Under the pieces are notes generated by a model, which saw only the letters and a list, made by a program, of their open reading frames with translations, made no database searches and was not told the origin of the DNA. Position numbers and translations under genes: made by a program. DNA of 24,000 nt from an uncultured archaeon (GTDB lineage Archaea > Asgardarchaeota > Thorarchaeia > Thorarchaeales > Thorarchaeaceae): contig CAZYLT010000004.1 of NCBI GenBank assembly GCA_964648855.1, forward strand, positions 197,680 through 221,679, in the 5' to 3' direction. Positions 18,674 through 24,000 of this stretch are shown in pieces (positions within the stretch are counted from its first letter, which is position 1; each line of letters starts with the position of its first letter).

Positions 18674-19045
18674 ATGGAAGTTGCTTGCACCATGAGACAG
18701 AAGAACGGAAAAGTCATTATTTGGCCAGAATATCTGGATTCGGAACTGTCTAGGTCGGAAGGAAGACGAATTCCAAAGAACCTCGGAGCACCTGATGTCA
18801 ACCTGAAAATTCTGAAGGAAGGTGCAGCTCTTGCTAATCTTGAAGCCCAAGTAGAAGCTGGGAAAAGACATCCACGCAGTCATGAAAACCGCGGTGGATA
18901 CTTGATTGTGGATAATCCGGATGGCCACAAAAAAGGACGGCTCCTCCTAATGCTAGCAAAAGGAGTTCGTCGCGCGGTGGCAGAACGAATCAGAGCAAAG
19001 AAAGAAGCCGCGAAGGGCAAAGGTAGGCGCAGACGTAGAAGATAA
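18674..19045 (+). CDS. srp19: Signal recognition particle 19 kDa protein
   Basis: IIWPEYLDSELSRSEGRRIPKNLGAPDVNLKILKEGAALANLEAQVEAGKRHPRSHENRGGYLIV; basic C-terminus. Start may be internal (18692). Confidence 0.92.
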   Translation: MEVACTMRQKNGKVIIWPEYLDSELSRSEGRRIPKNLGAPDVNLKILKEGAALANLEAQVEAGKRHPRSHENRGGYLIVDNPDGHKKGRLLLMLAKGVRRAVAERIRAKKEAAKGKGRRRRRR

Positions 19046-19065
19046 ATCTGGCAGAAGTGATTTCC

Positions 19066-19317
19066 ATGCGACGGTTAGGAAAAGTTCTACATATTAGCAA
19101 GCGCGGATCGATCATCGTTCGAACGAACCAAACACCTCCTATGAAAGCGAACGTTGTGAATAAGAAGTCAGAGAATGTTGGCATTGTCAAAGACGTCTTT
19201 GGGCCCGTCAACGAACCATATGTTACGGTGCAGCCGAGAAAAAACATACAAAATCCAGAGGGGCTCATTGGTCAGATGCTCTATCTCTATACAAAGAAAC
19301 GTTATCGCAGAAATTAG
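19066..19317 (+). CDS. gar1: H/ACA RNP protein Gar1-like
   Basis: MRRLGKVLHISKRGSIIVRTNQTPPMKANVVNKKSENVGIVKDVFGPVNEPYVTVQPRK; Gar1 fold signature and basic tail. Confidence 0.9.
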   Translation: MRRLGKVLHISKRGSIIVRTNQTPPMKANVVNKKSENVGIVKDVFGPVNEPYVTVQPRKNIQNPEGLIGQMLYLYTKKRYRRN

Positions 19318-19452
19318 CTGTTTTCACGGGTTTAATGTTCATTTATGTACATCCTTGTTACCTCTTTAACATAATTTAAACAGCACCTTCCGTAAGTATT
19401 AATTTGGTCCATGTCATTCTGTAGCTGTTGACATGTGTCTATTTCAAAGGTC

Positions 19453-19809
19453 ATGAAAATGGAAGACATAGTCGACGAAATGATTCACGCTTTCCGTGTT
19501 GTAGGTCGTCGAGGTCTTACCGTCGAACAATTGACCAAACAATTGGATTCCGACACAAACGAAATCGCATCAACAATCAAACAATTGATAACGGAGAAAC
19601 GTATTATGGAAAAAGCTGAATCGAAGGAGGCTCGATACTTCCTGAGAACACTCATGGATAACGAACAAGGCCAGACCGGCATTGGCGACCTCGATGGATG
19701 TCCGTGCTTCCACTGCCTTAAGATTGGCAAATGTGGAATACGACAACCAGACTCACCAGTAGCCTGTCGCGAATTAGATCAGTGGATGGAGAGCTCTGAC
19801 TCTAATTAG
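19453..19809 (+). CDS. RNA polymerase III RPC34/RPC39-like winged-helix protein with C-terminal Cys cluster
   Basis: Winged-helix segment VVGRRGLTVEQLTKQLDSDTNEIASTIKQLITEKRI and Cys-rich tail CPCFHCLKIGKCGIRQPDSPVACRELDQWM resembling the Fe-S motif of the RPC39/archaeal Rpc34 family. Confidence 0.75.
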   Translation: MKMEDIVDEMIHAFRVVGRRGLTVEQLTKQLDSDTNEIASTIKQLITEKRIMEKAESKEARYFLRTLMDNEQGQTGIGDLDGCPCFHCLKIGKCGIRQPDSPVACRELDQWMESSDSN

Positions 19810-19829
19810 TAAGTAGTCTATATGATGGT

Positions 19830-20417
19830 CTAAGCTGTTTTTGGACCAACAGCGAGAAGATAAATCTCGGCACTTGTTTTCCTAGAGGCATCGGGTTTGA
19901 CAAGCTTAACTGAATTATATGATTTCTTAGTTGCTGTCATAAATTCCCTGAAACCACGTCCCTGAAAGACCTTGGTTAAGACCTTTCCATTCTTTCCTAA
20001 GAGCCTATGTCCTATTTCGAGAGTAATTCCAGCCAAGTCAAGTTGCCTTGCCACATCAATATCCCAGTGACCGGAAACGTTTGGAGAACAATCTGACAAG
20101 ATGAGGTCTGCCGACCCTCTAGTGAGTTGTTCAATCTTCTCAAGTGTTTCTTCCTCAGTTATGTTTCCTTTGACAAATCTTACACCTGGTAGGGGCCTCA
20201 TTGGATTAATATCCACAGCTACTATCTCCAAAGAATGATTTTTTTCACGCAAAACCTGCGTCCACCCTCCTGGACTGCTGCAGAGTTCCACGACCACATT
20301 AACCCCCTCTAACAGCCTATACTTCTTAATTATCTGCTTGAGTTTAAATGCTGATCTTGCCCGGTATCCTTGCTTCTTAGCCTGTCTGTAGTAATGATCC
20401 TTTTTTGGCCTAGGCAT
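19830..20417 (-). CDS. rlmE: RlmE/FtsJ-family rRNA 2'-O-methyltransferase
   Basis: 195 aa; YRARSAFKLKQI, VVELCSSPGGWTQVL, DLILSDCSPNVSGHWDID, VTKVFQGRGF-type motif. Confidence 0.95.
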   Translation of the reverse strand: MPRPKKDHYYRQAKKQGYRARSAFKLKQIIKKYRLLEGVNVVVELCSSPGGWTQVLREKNHSLEIVAVDINPMRPLPGVRFVKGNITEEETLEKIEQLTRGSADLILSDCSPNVSGHWDIDVARQLDLAGITLEIGHRLLGKNGKVLTKVFQGRGFREFMTATKKSYNSVKLVKPDASRKTSAEIYLLAVGPKTA

Positions 20418-20421
20418 CTTC

Positions 20422-21624
20422 TCATCTCTCTTCTACAATGTTTTTTACAACGTTCACTGTTTCCTTCACTGTTGCATTGGTTCTAATAGCTGTGGGTTTG
20501 AAATGCGACCTGACACACTGGTACCCTTTGTCTTTAAGATTCATAATCACATTTTCTTGCTTAGGTGGAGGCCATGAATAGATATCACACATTTGATGTA
20601 TATCTAAATAGAATCCCTGTATCGGCGCTTCTTGTGCGATGAGATTCAGCATCAATTTGGATTTTCTACTCATTGAATCCTCATGGTTCTCCAGTGTTTC
20701 TGTTGTTCGTGCGACAAAATCTGGGTTCTGGATTGGACCAATCCACATTGGCCCTGCGACGTCCACTTTCTCTGGACAACTGGCTCTAATATGCTGGAAC
20801 TCTGAAGACTGCTTTAATGTCAAAACGGGTATTATGTCCCAGGCCATGCAGTGACTACAATACCTTACAAACCCGATTCTTTCTGCAGCCTGATTCCCCT
20901 TGCTTTTGCTAGCCTTTGTTTCTACCCATACTCGAATATAGTGGTCGGTACTGAGAGATAGTAACGGCGATATCGAGAAATCATTCATTCCCGCCACAGA
21001 AAACGTCCCACCAATTACTAGTCTAAGAGCCAATTCATGAACAAATGGTGACCTAATAGACAGACCACCGTATTTCCTTAGCGCTACTTTGGGGTAAACT
21101 CCACAAAGCGCTGGCATATCGGTCGCAGTAACGCCAATGAGGCCTCTGCGGGGGTTAATCGCTTGAATGGCTGCATTGAGGAACGGATTGGGACTGCCAA
21201 AAGGGTCAATATCTACAAAATCGAAACGCTTGCCTCTGCTCTCCGTGAGAAGCAGAACTCGTGCATCCCCTAAAATCACTTGAGCCCTTTCATCAAATCC
21301 ATTTGACTCTAGATTCTTTCGCGCAATCTCTACAGCCTCGGAACTCGTATCAAACATTACGGAGCGAAAGCCGCCCCTTATTTCGTTCAAATACCGGAGG
21401 CTCCTAACCCCTGATCCCGTGAGTGGCTCACAAATCAAATCCACCTGATGTGTTTTGCAGTATGTGTCAAGAACTAAGACCGATAAATCCCTATTAGTTC
21501 TCATTCGCGGATTGTAAAACACTGGCATATCTGAAGTGGGTTGCCCCTTCTTCGAACTGTAGTGCTCCACATCTGCACTCAGGAAAGTGGTCTTTCCTTC
21601 TTGATATTCCTTCAGGACCGTCAT
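20422..21624 (-). CDS. trm1: tRNA (guanine26-N2)-dimethyltransferase Trm1
   Basis: 400 aa; VFYNPRMRTNRDLSVL, EPLTGSGVRSLRYLNE, FVDIDPFGSPNPFLNAAIQAI, TDMPALCGVYP. Confidence 0.96.
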   Translation of the reverse strand: MTVLKEYQEGKTTFLSADVEHYSSKKGQPTSDMPVFYNPRMRTNRDLSVLVLDTYCKTHQVDLICEPLTGSGVRSLRYLNEIRGGFRSVMFDTSSEAVEIARKNLESNGFDERAQVILGDARVLLLTESRGKRFDFVDIDPFGSPNPFLNAAIQAINPRRGLIGVTATDMPALCGVYPKVALRKYGGLSIRSPFVHELALRLVIGGTFSVAGMNDFSISPLLSLSTDHYIRVWVETKASKSKGNQAAERIGFVRYCSHCMAWDIIPVLTLKQSSEFQHIRASCPEKVDVAGPMWIGPIQNPDFVARTTETLENHEDSMSRKSKLMLNLIAQEAPIQGFYLDIHQMCDIYSWPPPKQENVIMNLKDKGYQCVRSHFKPTAIRTNATVKETVNVVKNIVEER

Positions 21625-21759
21625 AAAACAAGATGAACTCAGTATTCACTCTAATAAGGCAATAGGCTCCGCTAAAACCAACGTAGCATAACCTCTAAGT
21701 GGAAATGACTCTATGTGCTGGATATGGTCGGGAACTTTAGTTCCTGCTTGGTGATGATC

Positions 21760-22233
21760 ATGACGAAAGTAAAAATCAGAACAAAACATGGCGATATAGT
21801 TGCAGAACTATGGGATGATGAATCTCTAAACACTGTGAAGAATTTTGTTTCTCTTGCAAAAAGTGGATACTATGATGGTCTCACTTTTCATCGTGTTGTT
21901 GACAACTTCGTTGTACAAGGTGGCGACCCGAAAGGAACAGGGACTGGTGGGCCTGGCTATAAAGTACCATGTGAAACAGAAGGAGAGAAGCAAGTCCATG
22001 TTGATGGAGCATTTTCTATGGCACATGCAGGCCGTGATACCGGTGGCAGTCAGTTCTTTATTGTTCTAAATTCAGACAATTGCAGCCATCTTGATGGCAG
22101 ACACACTGTATTTGGCAAGACTATTGAAGGCATGGACGTAGTTAGGAAGATTAAACAGGGTGACAAGATGCTCGAAGTTGAGGTCTTGGAGGTCGGTCCC
22201 TCCATTGAAGAGCATAAACTGAAAAAATTATGA
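21760..22233 (+). CDS. Cyclophilin-type peptidyl-prolyl cis-trans isomerase
   Basis: TKHGDIVAELWDDESLNTVKNFVSLAKSGYYDGLTFHRVVDNFVVQGGDPKGTGTGGPGY...DTGGSQFFIVL. Likely start is the third in-frame Met cluster (21760), not 21715. Confidence 0.95.
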   Translation: MTKVKIRTKHGDIVAELWDDESLNTVKNFVSLAKSGYYDGLTFHRVVDNFVVQGGDPKGTGTGGPGYKVPCETEGEKQVHVDGAFSMAHAGRDTGGSQFFIVLNSDNCSHLDGRHTVFGKTIEGMDVVRKIKQGDKMLEVEVLEVGPSIEEHKLKKL

Positions 22234-22297
22234 TTTACCAAACACTCTTTGAGTAGATAATAATTCTGCGGCTGTGCACAATAGTCCGCAGATAAGA

Positions 22298-22446
22298 GTA
22301 TCTAGGGGAGCTGTGTGAAAAGTCAATGAATTGTATCTGATTAGAAATATTGGTACTGTGTTATGTCCGAATCCTACACTCATTATTTCTTTTTGTGAGT
22401 GTACTAGTTCATAGTTACGGACTTTTCACACAGGGCTGTATCTAGG
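22298..22446. mobile_element. MITE-like element candidate (131 bp between 9-bp direct repeats, 14-bp inverted repeats)
   Basis: gtatctagg at 22298-22306 and 22438-22446; ctgtgtgaaaagtc at 22311-22324 and its exact reverse complement gacttttcacacag at 22420-22433; no ORF inside. Confidence 0.5.
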
Positions 22447-22452
22447 AAAAAC

Positions 22453-22460
22453 GATATATA
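22453..22460 (+). promoter_or_regulatory. Candidate TATA box of hppA
   Basis: gatatata 38 bp upstream of the ATG at 22498, preceded by a purine-rich gaaaaac BRE-like stretch. Confidence 0.5.
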
Positions 22461-22497
22461 GAAGGCCATTCGGCATCGAGATAAAGAGGCCAAATAA

Positions 22498-24000
22498 ATG
22501 TCCGAAGTGATTTTCCTTTCAGTAAGTATAATTTCTGGTTTCCTTGCAATCTTCGTTTCTCTTTTCACTTTTCAAAAGGTGAAATCCTACGATGAGGGGG
22601 GCGAAAGAATGCAGGAGGTCAGTAGACTGATAGAGGAAGGTGCGTACTCCTTTATCAATATTCAATATAAGATTCTAGGAATCTTTACTGCATTTCTTGC
22701 TGTGGTATTAGCCTTTGTCTTTGGAAACCTTGGAATCCCGATTGCAATCTCATATATTCTAGGCTCTATTGCAAGTATGGCTGCAGGATACGTAGGCATT
22801 GTCATTGCGACAATTGCAAATAGACGTACTGCAGCTGCAGCAGAACGTGGCGGGCTTAACCCCGCATTCAATGTGGCGTTCAAAGCAGGTTCTGTGATGG
22901 GGCTTATGATTGCTGGTATTGCACTTGCGGGTCTAGGGCTCCTTTACGTTCTTTGGGACATCATATTTCCTGCCCTTACAACCGTACGGCTTTGGGAGAT
23001 TGTCACCGGTTTTTCATTTGGGGCTAGTACTGTTGCCCTCTTCGCAAAGGCAGGTGGCGGTATCTTCACCAAGACCGCAGACCTTGCAGCTGATATTGTT
23101 GGTAAGATAGAACACCATATTCCTGAAGACGATCCCCGAAATCCTGCTGCGGTTGCTGATGCAGTAGGTGACAATGTTGGTGACGTTGCAGGCACCGGCG
23201 CTGATATTTTCGATAGCAATGTCGCTGCTATTCTTGCAGCCGCGATTTTAGGTGCAGCTATTGATGCTGCGTTTGCTCCAGTTGCCCCATTTGGACTGCT
23301 TCCCTTGATGATAGCAGGTCTAGGTACACTTGCATCTGTTATCGGAGTGTTTCTTGTTCGGGTCGATGAAACCGCAGACAAAGATCCAGGCCCCATACTG
23401 AATCGTGGAACGTATATTACGACCATCTTGTTTGCCATTTTTACAGTTGCAGTAACATGGGCTATGGGTATTGACTTGCTCATTGCTGGTGCTGCGGTCT
23501 TGGGTCTGTTTACTGGCGTGATCATTGGATTCACATCAGATGTATTCACGAATGATAGAGGACTCGGCCCATTCAAACCAGTACCCAATATGGTCAAATC
23601 TGCAGAGAAGAGTGCTGCAAATCTAATCCTGTCGGGATACTCATATGGTCTTCTTAGCGCCGTTCCTTCAGTCATAATGATTGCAGTTGCTTTGGTTGGA
23701 GCTTTCCTACTTGGTTCTAGCGCAACTACCATTGGGTTGGGAACAACAGAGGGTGGAATTTATGCTGTTTCAATTGCTGCTGTTGGGTTGCTATCTACAA
23801 ATGGTATGATTATGAGCTCGGATGCCTATGGTCCTATTGTAGATAATGCACGAGGCGTGATTGAGCAATCCGATGCCGACGAACAAGCAATTGTTGATTG
23901 TGATAAACTAGATGCGAGTGGAAATACAGCAAAGGCAATCACAAAGGGTTTTGCTATTGGTGCATCAGCAATCTCAGTATTGGCCCTATTTTCGGCCTTT
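22498..24000 (+). CDS. hppA: Membrane-bound proton-translocating pyrophosphatase, partial (runs off window end)
   Basis: Manual translation is open over 501 codons; YVGIVIATIANRRTAAAAERGGLNPAFNVAFKAGSVMGL, EDDPRNPAAVADAVGDNVGDVAGTGADIFDS, LDASGNTAKAITKGFAIG. Absent from the + track because no stop is in the window. Confidence 0.97.
   Translation, partial: MSEVIFLSVSIISGFLAIFVSLFTFQKVKSYDEGGERMQEVSRLIEEGAYSFINIQYKILGIFTAFLAVVLAFVFGNLGIPIAISYILGSIASMAAGYVGIVIATIANRRTAAAAERGGLNPAFNVAFKAGSVMGLMIAGIALAGLGLLYVLWDIIFPALTTVRLWEIVTGFSFGASTVALFAKAGGGIFTKTADLAADIVGKIEHHIPEDDPRNPAAVADAVGDNVGDVAGTGADIFDSNVAAILAAAILGAAIDAAFAPVAPFGLLPLMIAGLGTLASVIGVFLVRVDETADKDPGPILNRGTYITTILFAIFTVAVTWAMGIDLLIAGAAVLGLFTGVIIGFTSDVFTNDRGLGPFKPVPNMVKSAEKSAANLILSGYSYGLLSAVPSVIMIAVALVGAFLLGSSATTIGLGTTEGGIYAVSIAAVGLLSTNGMIMSSDAYGPIVDNARGVIEQSDADEQAIVDCDKLDASGNTAKAITKGFAIGASAISVLALFSAF

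Noticed and set aside
22265-22292. 7-bp hairpin tctgcgg/ccgcaga after the cyclophilin gene as a terminator
   Set aside because: Loop of 14 nt and no T-run. Its loop (ctgtgcacaatagtcc) vaguely resembles the nearby inverted repeat ctgtgtgaaaagtc, but the match is too weak to call another copy.
22662-23732. Minus-strand ORFs of 73 and 262 aa
   Set aside because: They are antisense to the continuous, clearly conserved hppA frame; low-complexity Ala/Pro/Thr composition is typical of shadow ORFs.
1-24000. CRISPR array, defence island or prophage
   Set aside because: No regularly spaced repeat set, no cas, restriction-modification, integrase or phage structural genes; neighbours are housekeeping genes.

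Overview
This is an archaeal chromosomal window. The TACK/Asgard-like flavour is inferred from an Rpc34-like Fe-S protein beside SRP19 and Gar1, together with FtsZ and a C1-pathway Mch. Most of it is housekeeping: the start of an S10-type ribosomal operon (uL3-uL4-uL23-uL2), an RHH-ftsZ pair, an Sm-like archaeal protein, 2-oxoacid:ferredoxin oxidoreductase beta and gamma subunits, a URM1/MoaD-like sulfur carrier with a GG tail, two MFS-like paralogs (one truncated), mch, a GH31 glucosidase, an HTH regulator, pyrB, a dCMP deaminase, srp19-gar1-rpc34-like, rlmE-trm1, a cyclophilin, and the first ~501 codons of a membrane pyrophosphatase (cut by the window end). I read two tRNA genes directly: tRNA-Thr(GGT) and tRNA-Pro(TGG). 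I found no CRISPR array, obvious defence island or clearly new multi-gene system. The best non-standard signals are: (1) a ~131-bp MITE-like element with a perfect 14-bp inverted repeat and 9-bp flanking direct repeats, directly upstream of the hppA TATA box; (2) a decayed MFS paralog missing its N-terminal half and ~49 internal residues; (3) a 48-bp-period repeat pair between lsm and korB; (4) an RHH gene overlapping ftsZ by ATGA next to a shortened ribosomal operon; (5) the srp19-gar1-rpc34-like arrangement.
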